From an uncultured Erysipelotrichaceae bacterium (GTDB taxonomy: Bacteria; Bacillota_I; Bacilli_A; Erysipelotrichales; Erysipelotrichaceae): a stretch of 32,000 bases of DNA. Numbering within the stretch: the first letter of the stretch is position 1; every line of letters starts with the position of its first letter. The translations under genes and the position numbers were made by a program. Shown here one piece after another: positions 16,709-25,143 of the stretch. The notes below the pieces were generated by a model that had not been told where the DNA came from, made no database searches, and was given only the letters and a program-made list of their open reading frames with translations. The stretch covers positions 1,170,001-1,202,000 of the forward strand of contig OW818653.1 of NCBI GenBank assembly GCA_942492995.1, in the 5' to 3' direction.

Positions 16709-18586
16709 TTATTGATATTTCTTATAAATCTTTATTACTTCTGCAGTGTTTTCAATAAACAAATCGACAAGATATGGATCAAGTGTTTCATTTCGCATTG
16801 ATTTTAATAAATCAAATGACTTTTGTATATCAAACGCTTCTTTATATATTCTCTTACTCGATATCGCATCAAACACATCCGCAACTGATACAATTCGTGC
16901 AACTAATGGAATCTCTTTGCCCTGTAGCCCTAATGGATATCCTTTACCATTCCATTTTTCATGGTGGTAACGTGTTATATCCTCAGATACTTTATATAAT
17001 TCTGGATCAAATACTTTTAATCCTTCACGTATACTCTTAAATATATCTCCACCTATCGTTGGATGAGTACGCATTATTTCCCATTCTTCATCAGTTAACT
17101 TACCTGGTTTTTTAAGTATTGAATCTGGTATTCCAACTTTCCCTATATCATGTACAGCCGCATTACGCTCAATCTCAAGCATGATTCTTTCGGTCATTGG
17201 ATAGTCTGGATTATTTTTTTCTACTAATTTTCTGGCAATTAAACTTGAGTACTTAACCATTCTTAAAATGTGCTCACCTGTCTCATTATCCTTTTTCTCA
17301 ACTAATTCTGAGAAACCATTTGTTATTTTACTAAAAACAACTTTTGTGAAATACGATCTATTTAGTAGACCTTTAATCTCATAAACAATTTTTTCCGCTA
17401 AATGCATATGATTTAATGTAAAGAAATCTTTTTGTTTAGAACTTAAGAACAAGAATCCAAACACAACATTTCCCATTGTTAACGGTAAAATTAAATTAGA
17501 TTTAATCCCTTCTTGTCGTAATAAGTATAAAGATGAACTTTTTGGACGTTTGTTAAACTGTTCTTCAAGATCATTATTTATAATCGGTTTCTTAGATTCG
17601 ATTAAATCATATAAAGATGTTCTTACGAAAGGTACTTCAAAACCAGGCCCAAGTATCAACTTCTGGTCATTCACAACTCCATACTCTGCCACAATCATTT
17701 CACGTGTATAGTCAATAAACGCTAAACCAACACGATCTATTCCAATGCGTTTATTCAGTAACGTAAACAAACGATCTACTACATCTTCCACAACATATGA
17801 ATTTTGTAATACTTCTCTAACATCTTCAATAAAGCGATTTTCTTCGAATAAATTATCAATGTAGTTATGTATATTCTTTTCTTCTATAAAAAATGGTTTT
17901 GTTTTACGTAAATTCTGATTATCATATTGTTTATCCCCAAGCATGGTTAAACCTGTCACGATATAAGGAATTTGGAAATACACAAAACGAATAAGTCCAA
18001 AGAATAATAAACCTACGATAATAAGTAAAAGAATAAACATTCCATTTAGTAATAAACTTAAATCATTTAAGATTATTTTATTTAAATCCTTATAATCATC
18101 TTCAATGTCGTAAATAAGATTCTCTATCTCATTTCGACTAACTAAACTTGTTTCAAGAATCTCAGCTAAACTAAGGTTTTGATTTAATACAAACTGCATT
18201 CTATCTAAATGGATTTGTAATTGTAAAAGTTTTTGCGATATATCTTGAATTCTTATTTGGTGACGATTTAAACTAATAGAATTCATTACCGTTAAGTTGT
18301 TTTTTAACTCAAGTGATTTCACCTGCATGTCTTGTATTATATCCATCGTATCGTTTTTTATAATCGCGATAGAAACGGATGTTCTTGAATACTCATGTAT
18401 ATCCGCTAGCTTTTGAAGAGGTATATCTAATTTCAGTTTATTTTCTTTAATGTTTTCTACAATTTCATAATTCTTATTCACGTAAAAACGAACATTCACA
18501 ACTAAATCAAAATTGATATAAATTGCGAATACTATTATAAAAAAAGCGATGATGATTGCGGATATTGTAAGATTTTTAATTTTCAT
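16709..18586 (-). CDS. Membrane-bound HD-GYP domain protein (TM / extracytoplasmic helical region / TM / GAF-like / HD-GYP)
   Basis: HDIGKVGIPDSILKKPGKLTDEEWEIMRTHPTIGG and HHEKWNGKGYPLGL are the HD and GYP signatures. Two TM helices at about aa 5-27 and 183-205. GAF-like block IDRVGLAFID...LILPL. Confidence 0.85.
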   Translation of the reverse strand: MKIKNLTISAIIIAFFIIVFAIYINFDLVVNVRFYVNKNYEIVENIKENKLKLDIPLQKLADIHEYSRTSVSIAIIKNDTMDIIQDMQVKSLELKNNLTVMNSISLNRHQIRIQDISQKLLQLQIHLDRMQFVLNQNLSLAEILETSLVSRNEIENLIYDIEDDYKDLNKIILNDLSLLLNGMFILLLIIVGLLFFGLIRFVYFQIPYIVTGLTMLGDKQYDNQNLRKTKPFFIEEKNIHNYIDNLFEENRFIEDVREVLQNSYVVEDVVDRLFTLLNKRIGIDRVGLAFIDYTREMIVAEYGVVNDQKLILGPGFEVPFVRTSLYDLIESKKPIINNDLEEQFNKRPKSSSLYLLRQEGIKSNLILPLTMGNVVFGFLFLSSKQKDFFTLNHMHLAEKIVYEIKGLLNRSYFTKVVFSKITNGFSELVEKKDNETGEHILRMVKYSSLIARKLVEKNNPDYPMTERIMLEIERNAAVHDIGKVGIPDSILKKPGKLTDEEWEIMRTHPTIGGDIFKSIREGLKVFDPELYKVSEDITRYHHEKWNGKGYPLGLQGKEIPLVARIVSVADVFDAISSKRIYKEAFDIQKSFDLLKSMRNETLDPYLVDLFIENTAEVIKIYKKYQ

Positions 18587-18703
18587 AAATGTATACTTTT
18601 ACAATACCATACTTTTTTTGATTATGTTATAGATTAACCTATTAACCTATTTGATTAACGATCCAATATTAAATGATTTGTTAAATAGTGCTATACTTTT
18701 TAT

Positions 18704-19435
18704 ATGCTCACAAAACTTACAGAACGAATTTATATCTCTGATTTTGATTCAAGTAATGATCGACCTCGCTTAGCGTATATCAATGGGTCGAACTTTAACG
18801 TAATGGTTGATGCAGGTAATTCACCAATGCATTTTAGAAGTTTTATCGATGAATGTCATGCATATGGATTAGATGATCCAGATTATATTGTGTTAACACA
18901 TTGGCATTGGGATCATGTATTTGGATGTGCAGAAACGAATGTTCCTATCATCTGTACAAACTTAACCCAACAAAAACTATTGGAAATGAGTCAATGGAAA
19001 TGGGACGATGAATCGATGAAGAAGCGTTTATTAACGGGTGAAGATATCGAATTCTGTGATCTAAATATGCGTATAGAATATCAAGATTATTCAAAAATAA
19101 AAGTGAAATTAGCTGATATTACGTTCTTTAATGAACTTACGATTAATTGTGGGGATGTTACATGTGTTATTAAACACGTTGAGAATGATCATTCCCCAGA
19201 TAGTTGTGTAATCTTCATACCAGAAGATAAAGTATTGTTCCTAGGTGATATTATCTCACCTGATTATCATCATGGAACACCTCATTATACACAAGAGAAG
19301 TTCTATGCATTATGGAAAGAATTATTAACGTATGATTTTGATTTTGCGATTCATGGACATACGGATGTATTCACTAAACAAACAATGAATGAATTCTTTG
19401 AAGAATCAATCGAAATGTTAAAAAAGTCAACATGA
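18704..19435 (+). CDS. MBL-fold metallo-hydrolase
   Basis: LTHWHWDH (HxHxDH motif), later H/D ligands (HVENDHSPDS, GDII, HGH). 243 aa. Confidence 0.8.
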   Translation: MLTKLTERIYISDFDSSNDRPRLAYINGSNFNVMVDAGNSPMHFRSFIDECHAYGLDDPDYIVLTHWHWDHVFGCAETNVPIICTNLTQQKLLEMSQWKWDDESMKKRLLTGEDIEFCDLNMRIEYQDYSKIKVKLADITFFNELTINCGDVTCVIKHVENDHSPDSCVIFIPEDKVLFLGDIISPDYHHGTPHYTQEKFYALWKELLTYDFDFAIHGHTDVFTKQTMNEFFEESIEMLKKST

Positions 19436-19452
19436 CACTCGTCAAATTGACT

Positions 19453-19947
19453 TTATTTTTTTGATATACGCATCGTGTCGATAATACCTTTTAACTTCTC
19501 AAAATTCATTTCAGTATAAGGTGTCGTATCGATATTTAGGTTTTTTCCTAGTGCACAACGTCTTAAACAATTTTGAGTTTTAAGTTCAAACAAACCGTCT
19601 TTACTAACTCCACCAACTGTACACCCTAAGTATTGTTCAACTTCATGAATGAATTTGAATGCGCCTTTATCTTGGCATCGTTCACCTGTACACATTAACA
19701 ACAAATGTGGTCCACCCTCTTCAATTAAACTAGGTACTCGATGAATAATCGACTTGATTATTTGTGGACTCGTATTAAATACTTTAATTAAATCCGGATA
19801 ACTTTCAATCGGCACATACCCAAATTCTGTTTGGATTTCTTTTAAGCATGTGATTAAACTTTGTTGGTCTAATGGCGCAAACGCATCTCGATAGTAATCT
19901 AAGATGGTTTGAATGGTTTGTAGTTCTGACTCTGAATGTTGTTTCAT
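19453..19947 (-). CDS. NuoE/HndA-like thioredoxin-fold [2Fe-2S] ferredoxin, stand-alone
   Basis: Cys pattern CTGERC ... CLRRC (C-x4-C ... C-x3-C) in a 164-aa protein. ORF track start 19983 is rejected because it lies inside the metQ terminator hairpin. ATG 19947 gives MKQHSESE. Confidence 0.65.
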   Translation of the reverse strand: MKQHSESELQTIQTILDYYRDAFAPLDQQSLITCLKEIQTEFGYVPIESYPDLIKVFNTSPQIIKSIIHRVPSLIEEGGPHLLLMCTGERCQDKGAFKFIHEVEQYLGCTVGGVSKDGLFELKTQNCLRRCALGKNLNIDTTPYTEMNFEKLKGIIDTMRISKK

Positions 19948-19969
19948 AGGATAATTATACCTTGAAGTT

Positions 19970-19996
19970 AAAAAAACCTCCATTTAATTGGAGGTT
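19970..19996 (-). terminator. Terminator of the metNIQ operon
   Basis: Minus strand AACCTCCA-ATTAAA-TGGAGGTT followed by TTTTTTT, starting 5 nt after the metQ stop. Confidence 0.75.
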
Positions 19997-20001
19997 AGTT
20001 T

Positions 20002-20808
20002 TTATTCAATAACGGAAATAACAACTGGGTAATACGTATCTTGGATAAATTGTTTAACTTCATCAGAACTTAGTGCTTCGATTAGAACTAATGTTTTTTC
20101 TGATGTTTCATTGCCTTCTTTTACCGCTAAGATATTAGCATATTTAAGTGCCGCATCAGATGCTTTATCTTCAGTTGTTAATACAGTTGATGTGATACCA
20201 GCTTCAAGTGCATAGTTACCATTGATTACAGCCAAATCAACATCTGGTAGAGAACGTGCAAGTTGAGCTGCTTCTAATTCTACGATCACAAGATTCTTAG
20301 GATTTGATGTAATATCAAGGATTGTCGCAGTTTCTGATTTGCTTGGATCGATTGTAATTAAACCTAAAGCTTGTAATAGATTTAACGCACGCGCTTCATT
20401 TGTCGCATCATTTGGAACAGCTATTGTAGCCCCATCAACTAACGCTTCGACAGTTGCTGTTTTCCCTGGATATAAACCTAGAGGTTCAAAGTGTACAGCT
20501 AATACAGACACAATCTTAGTTCCATTTTCCGCATTGAAATCGGTTAAGTAAGGAACGTGTTGGAAGTAGTTCGCATCAAGTTCACCTTCATTTAGGTTTG
20601 TGTTTGGTAATACGTAATCCGTAAATTCAACAATTTCTAATGTATATCCTTTAGCTTCTACAAGTGGTTTGATAACTTCTAAGATTTCCGCATGTGGCGT
20701 AATCGATGCGCCAACTTTAATAACAGTATCTTTCTTTTCAGTTGTACATGCAGTAACAGTTAGTAATAATGCGATGAGTAATACACTTAATTTTATAAAT
20801 TTTTCCAT
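20002..20808 (-). CDS. metQ: Methionine ABC transporter substrate-binding lipoprotein (NlpA/MetQ family)
   Basis: Signal peptide with lipobox LTVTAC. MetQ-type blocks KVGASITPHAEILE and ANYFQHVPYL. Confidence 0.9.
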   Translation of the reverse strand: MEKFIKLSVLLIALLLTVTACTTEKKDTVIKVGASITPHAEILEVIKPLVEAKGYTLEIVEFTDYVLPNTNLNEGELDANYFQHVPYLTDFNAENGTKIVSVLAVHFEPLGLYPGKTATVEALVDGATIAVPNDATNEARALNLLQALGLITIDPSKSETATILDITSNPKNLVIVELEAAQLARSLPDVDLAVINGNYALEAGITSTVLTTEDKASDAALKYANILAVKEGNETSEKTLVLIEALSSDEVKQFIQDTYYPVVISVIE

Positions 20809-20819
20809 TTTCTTTTCCT

Positions 20820-21479
20820 TTAATTTCTTTTATCTATTTTTCTAACAATAAATCCAATGGTTGTTTGAATTAGTTCTACCATTACGACAAGGATAATAAG
20901 TGCGTAATACATGATGGTATAGTTATATCGATAATACCCATAACGTATCGCAATATCACCTAATCCTCCACCACCCATCAATCCAGCCATTGCGGAATAT
21001 CCAACCAACATAATCATCGTGATGGATAAGCCTTGGACAAGTTGCGGTAGTGCTTCTCTAAACAATACTTTCGTTACGATTTGAAGCTTAGTCGCTCCCA
21101 TCGTAATAACAGATTCAATCATATCTTGATCTACTTCCAACAGAGCACTTTCGACAAGTCTTGCGACAAATGGAATAGCACCGACTGAGAGTGAGAAGAT
21201 AGTTGCTTTAATTCCTAAACTAGTCCCAACCACAAAGCGTGATAGAGGCATAAGTGCCACAACCAAGATGTAGAATGGAATACTTCTAAATACATTTATG
21301 ATTCGATTCAATCCAAGTGATAAAACTGGCTTTGGATATAATCCATCTTTACGGGTCAATGTGATTAGTACGCCTAATGGAAAACCAAACACATATGCCA
21401 CAAAACTTGAGCCTAGAATAATCCAAATCGAATCGATTAAACCTTCAGACAAGAGTTCAAATAGTTGTACATTACTCAT
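20820..21479 (-). CDS. metI: Methionine ABC transporter permease
   Basis: 219 aa, 5 TM helices, and the EAA-type loop ESVITMGATKLQIVTKVLFREALP. Confidence 0.9.
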   Translation of the reverse strand: MSNVQLFELLSEGLIDSIWIILGSSFVAYVFGFPLGVLITLTRKDGLYPKPVLSLGLNRIINVFRSIPFYILVVALMPLSRFVVGTSLGIKATIFSLSVGAIPFVARLVESALLEVDQDMIESVITMGATKLQIVTKVLFREALPQLVQGLSITMIMLVGYSAMAGLMGGGGLGDIAIRYGYYRYNYTIMYYALIILVVMVELIQTTIGFIVRKIDKRN

Positions 21480-21481
21480 AT

Positions 21482-22219
21482 TTAATCCCCCAACCCTAAT
21501 AGTAATCGCGTTGTTTTATGTTTTGGATGGTTGAAGATATCTGAAACAGAGCCTTCTTCAATAAACTTCCCATCATCGATAACGACAACCTTCTCACATA
21601 CTTTTTCGACAACACTTAGTTCATGTGTGATGATTACAATTGTCGCATTTGTTTTCTGATGAATTTCTTTTAGTAAATCTAGAAATGCACGGGTAGTGAT
21701 TGAATCAAGTGCACTGGTTGGTTCATCTAATAAGAGTAAATCAGGATCACTAGCTAATGCTCGAGCGATTGAAACACGTTGTTTCTGACCACCTGATAAC
21801 TGTGAAGGATAACTAAATTCTTTGCCTGATAAACCAACTAATTCGATTAATCGCTTTATCTTTTCATCATAATCTTCTTTTTTTCCGTTACGTAGGGTCA
21901 ATGGAAAGGCAATATTATCATACACATTACGTTGTTTTAATAATTGATTTCCTTGAAATACGACACCTATTTTTTGTCTGTACTCACGCATTCGATCATC
22001 TTTTGCGGCTAATAGATTTAAGTGATCGATTGAAATTTCACCTGAATCAGGTTGTTCAAGTAAACTTAAACATCTTAATAATGTTGTTTTACCTGCACCA
22101 GACATTCCAATAATTCCGACTAACTCGCCTGCTTGTAATGTTAAATTAACATTATCCAAGGCTAATAGAGTTCCGTTAGCGGTCTTAAAGGTTTTACTTA
22201 GTCCTTTAATCTCTATCAT
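21482..22219 (-). CDS. metN: Methionine ABC transporter ATP-binding protein (short form without C-terminal NIL domain)
   Basis: Walker A GMSGAGKTT, signature LSGGQKQRVSIARAL, Walker B LLLLDEPTSALD. Only 245 aa. Confidence 0.9.
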   Translation of the reverse strand: MIEIKGLSKTFKTANGTLLALDNVNLTLQAGELVGIIGMSGAGKTTLLRCLSLLEQPDSGEISIDHLNLLAAKDDRMREYRQKIGVVFQGNQLLKQRNVYDNIAFPLTLRNGKKEDYDEKIKRLIELVGLSGKEFSYPSQLSGGQKQRVSIARALASDPDLLLLDEPTSALDSITTRAFLDLLKEIHQKTNATIVIITHELSVVEKVCEKVVVIDDGKFIEEGSVSDIFNHPKHKTTRLLLGLGD

Positions 22220-22253
22220 TTGTCATTGTTCCTCCTATATAAGTTTAGATAAT

Positions 22254-22520
22254 ATAAAAGCCCTCATCCTAAGGACGAGGGCTTACCCGTGTTACCACCT
22301 TTGTTCGTTTATAAATTACTTTATAAACCTCATCAAGTACGCCTAACGTGTAGGTTATACTCTATCGCTTTAACGGGCGAATCCGGCATTTTCTAAAGTT
22401 TCCCATCGATATGCTTGCTCCAAGACCATGTTCAATTGTTTTTGATTTACCCTTTTCAGCACTTCAGGGTTCTCTAAGAAATCAACCGCAATTTACTCTT
22501 CTCTTCATTGCTCTACGCAA
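22254..22520 (-). promoter_or_regulatory. T-box leader, Met (AUG) specifier, with terminator
   Basis: Minus strand. Stem I has a GA/K-turn start (GCAAUGAAGAGAAGAGUA) and an AGUA S-turn. The specifier is GAAC-AUG-G directly 5' of the UCUU helix strand (AUG at 22429..22427). The T-box sequence AAAGGUGGUAACACGGG is at 22300..22286, and UGGU fits an A73 discriminator. Terminator AAGCCCUCGUCC-UUAG-GAUGAGGGCUUUU. Confidence 0.85.
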
Positions 22521-22523
22521 AAA

Positions 22524-22553
22524 ATAATACCAGTGCATTTAATTATTGTCAAA
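22524..22553 (-). promoter_or_regulatory. metNIQ promoter TTGACA-17-TATTAT (TG-extended), with the -35 inside the last codons of the upstream gene
   Basis: Minus strand GTGTTTGACAATAATTAAATGCACTGGTATTAT. The TAA stop of the 5'-nucleotidase-family gene is inside the spacer. Confidence 0.6.
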
Positions 22554-23939
22554 CACTTTAACAATTCTTTTTATTTTCGATTGATTAATCAAATCATTAT
22601 TATTAATATTGCGCTTAATCACATCACGAATATAACCATTAAAGAAGATCGAATCTTCATTATCGACTTTTAAACTCTTATACCCAGAACCTCTTTGTAA
22701 ATAATCACTTGTCATTACACGGTAACGTTTATTTTCATCAATTGGTTTATCGTTTATTGTGATTGTAAATGGACTTTGATGAACACGTACATTGTAACTT
22801 ACACTCAATGCCCCAACAAATAACCCTCTAAAACCTGGTCCTCTGCCTTCTGATAAACACAACTCTTCATTAAAACTATCTTGAAATGCTTGGATAATTT
22901 GATGTCCAAATACTTCAATCAATGTTGGGTTTAATGGTGAAGGACATGATTCTAATAAGCTCAATTCACTAATTGCTTGAGCTAAAGGATACGAAATTAT
23001 TCCGTGATTCATCATCGCAAAATCACATTTTACTTCATTATATAATGCATCACATATAAAATTAATTGTTCTATTTTCACGTATTGGGTCAAAATCTAAT
23101 TCATGTGAAACACGAATCGTTTGGCTCATATTAACTCTCGCTTCATTAATCTTTTCTTCTCTAAGCTTTAATAAATCAGGATTCTCTTCTTCATGTATTT
23201 CAATACATTTACCCTCAAAGTGCGTAATTTTATTTTCATCAATGGAAATATATAATACTCCTAAATGTTGCGCATACGCACCTGCTTGATGAATTATACA
23301 GTTATTCACAACGAGTGGTTCTTCCATAAGTGAATGTGAATGTCCACCAATTATGATGTCAATCCCTTCAATCTCACTCGCGACTTTTTGATCATATGTT
23401 ATGCCAAGATGACTGAGAAGAATCACAAAATCATATTGATTTTCGTACTTCGATTTTTCATCGTTTATACATTGAATCGGATTATTGGATTTAAGATTCT
23501 CAAGTTTAAAGAACGCATTATAACCATCATTGTTTTCTAGATTATAATAAGGTGTAATTCCGATAATTAAGAAGCGAATCGTATCTTTTGTGATAATACA
23601 TGACTTCTTAAGAAATGGTAATTCTTCGCCATTTAGATAGGTTAAATTAACAGATAATAGAGGTACTTCATCTAATGACATCTCATTAAGACATTCGATT
23701 CCACTGTACCCTTCATTGTTGCCAACACAAATCGCATCATAGTTCATATGTTTTAATAGCGCTTTGCCTGCTTTACCTTTAGTGCCAGTAATCATGATAT
23801 CTTTGAAATCATGGAAATCACCCGCATCTAATAGTAAGTCATTCATTTTTTTATGTTCTAATAAATATGTTTGTATCGCAGCTAAACGATTGAATTGACT
23901 ATGAACATCGTTCGTGTGATAGATTGTTATATTTTTCAT
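22539..23939 (-). CDS. Cytosolic bifunctional metallophosphatase/5'-nucleotidase family protein (UshA/CpdB-like)
   Basis: Calcineurin-like motifs in order: DVHS, GDFHD, GNNE, SHLG, GGHSH. The C-terminal 5'-nucleotidase substrate domain is present. No signal peptide (MKNITIYHTND...). Confidence 0.8.
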   Translation of the reverse strand: MKNITIYHTNDVHSQFNRLAAIQTYLLEHKKMNDLLLDAGDFHDFKDIMITGTKGKAGKALLKHMNYDAICVGNNEGYSGIECLNEMSLDEVPLLSVNLTYLNGEELPFLKKSCIITKDTIRFLIIGITPYYNLENNDGYNAFFKLENLKSNNPIQCINDEKSKYENQYDFVILLSHLGITYDQKVASEIEGIDIIIGGHSHSLMEEPLVVNNCIIHQAGAYAQHLGVLYISIDENKITHFEGKCIEIHEEENPDLLKLREEKINEARVNMSQTIRVSHELDFDPIRENRTINFICDALYNEVKCDFAMMNHGIISYPLAQAISELSLLESCPSPLNPTLIEVFGHQIIQAFQDSFNEELCLSEGRGPGFRGLFVGALSVSYNVRVHQSPFTITINDKPIDENKRYRVMTSDYLQRGSGYKSLKVDNEDSIFFNGYIRDVIKRNINNNDLINQSKIKRIVKVFDNN

Positions 23940-25138
23940 GCATTCTCCTTAATCGATACTTCTGTTTTACCCCAAATTGCAAATATGATTGTCCCAATAA
24001 ATCCTAGAATACTTGCGATAATAAAATTGGTTTGTGGAGATATTAGCCATAAATAAGCACTGCTGAGTGAAACTATGGATACGATTGTATCTCTAAATAG
24101 ATAATAACTTCCAAAAGTAGTTGCTTTGTGTGCACTTGGTGCTAAACGAACAATAAGTGCTTTACGTGTTGGTTCACCAAATTCTTTTAATCCACGAATG
24201 ATAAACGCAAAGATTAATAGTGAGAATGAAGTAGAGATTAATAGTACAAGTGGGAAGATACTAAAGAAAATAAACGTAATTACGATTAATACTTTATGAT
24301 GAATGGATTCAGATAAATATGCGACAGGAATGTAGATTAATAATGCGACAATCATTTCTACCATGGTTAATAAACTAAACTCAACTGCACTAAATTTTTG
24401 AACATTTATTACCCATAAGACGACAAACGCATACGGAATTTGTTCCGCAAAACGAATAAAAATATCACTTACGAGTAAGATACGTAACTCTTTTGGCATA
24501 TCACTAAGTGTTTGAATTGGATTCGGAATAACATCAATTTTCTTAACTTCATCATGGATAAATAGTTGAATAAATAACATGGATAATATCGCAAATACAA
24601 ATGCGATACTAAACGCAACACGTGTTCCATTCACAATCCCTAAACTTTGAATAAATAAGCTTCCTACAATCGGTCCTACAGCCATAGGGATGCGTCTAAC
24701 CATCGAATGAATAGAAACACCCATTGTATGTTTCTCTTGTTTAAGCGTACTAGAAACCATTGATAGAATGGCAGGCAGAGATAACGCAGTCCAAGAGATA
24801 AAGAATATAGCCCCAAATAATACAGCTTGCCAATATGGAAAGACGATGACAATACTATATCCACATGCCGCAATAAAAGAATAAAGTAATAATGCTTTCT
24901 TATACCCTATCCAATCCGACACAAAACCACCTAGCCAAGAATAAATTGCACTTAAGAAATTATCCAATGCGTTTAACAAACCAACAGAATATGCCGATCC
25001 ACCAATCGCAATTAAATAGATAGGTAAAAAACGTTCACCCATCTTTTCTCCTAAACCCAAAAGTATCACCATAACTAACATCGTACTGATGCTTTTATTT
25101 AAGCCTAGAAATTCTTGTATTTTTTTATATTTTGTCAT
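23936..25138 (-). CDS. MFS transporter
   Basis: 400 aa, about 12 TM helices in a 6+6 layout with a central loop (HDEVKKIDVIPNPIQTLSDMPKE). ATGA overlap with the downstream nucleotidase gene. Confidence 0.8.
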   Translation of the reverse strand: MTKYKKIQEFLGLNKSISTMLVMVILLGLGEKMGERFLPIYLIAIGGSAYSVGLLNALDNFLSAIYSWLGGFVSDWIGYKKALLLYSFIAACGYSIVIVFPYWQAVLFGAIFFISWTALSLPAILSMVSSTLKQEKHTMGVSIHSMVRRIPMAVGPIVGSLFIQSLGIVNGTRVAFSIAFVFAILSMLFIQLFIHDEVKKIDVIPNPIQTLSDMPKELRILLVSDIFIRFAEQIPYAFVVLWVINVQKFSAVEFSLLTMVEMIVALLIYIPVAYLSESIHHKVLIVITFIFFSIFPLVLLISTSFSLLIFAFIIRGLKEFGEPTRKALIVRLAPSAHKATTFGSYYLFRDTIVSIVSLSSAYLWLISPQTNFIIASILGFIGTIIFAIWGKTEVSIKENA

Positions 25139-25143
25139 TTTAC

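Noticed and set aside
16746-17040. Two plus-strand ORFs (74 and 88 aa) opposite the HD-GYP gene 3' end
   Set aside because: They overlap the conserved HD-GYP catalytic domain on the other strand and have no independent signals.
20339-22113. Plus-strand ORFs 20339..20551, 21298..21534 and 21901..22113 opposite metQ, metI and metN
   Set aside because: They are antisense to strongly conserved ABC transporter genes and are artefacts of codon bias.
22427-22430. Reading the T-box specifier as CAU (His) instead of AUG (Met)
   Set aside because: The helix register (AAGA/UCUU) puts the conserved purine directly after AUG. The UGGU acceptor-pairing bulge fits A73 (tRNA-Met) rather than C73 (tRNA-His). 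The regulated operon is metNIQ.
23340-24873. ORFs 23340..23540 (+) and 24676..24873 (-, an alternative frame inside the MFS gene)
   Set aside because: They are embedded in better-supported genes and have no motifs or start signals.
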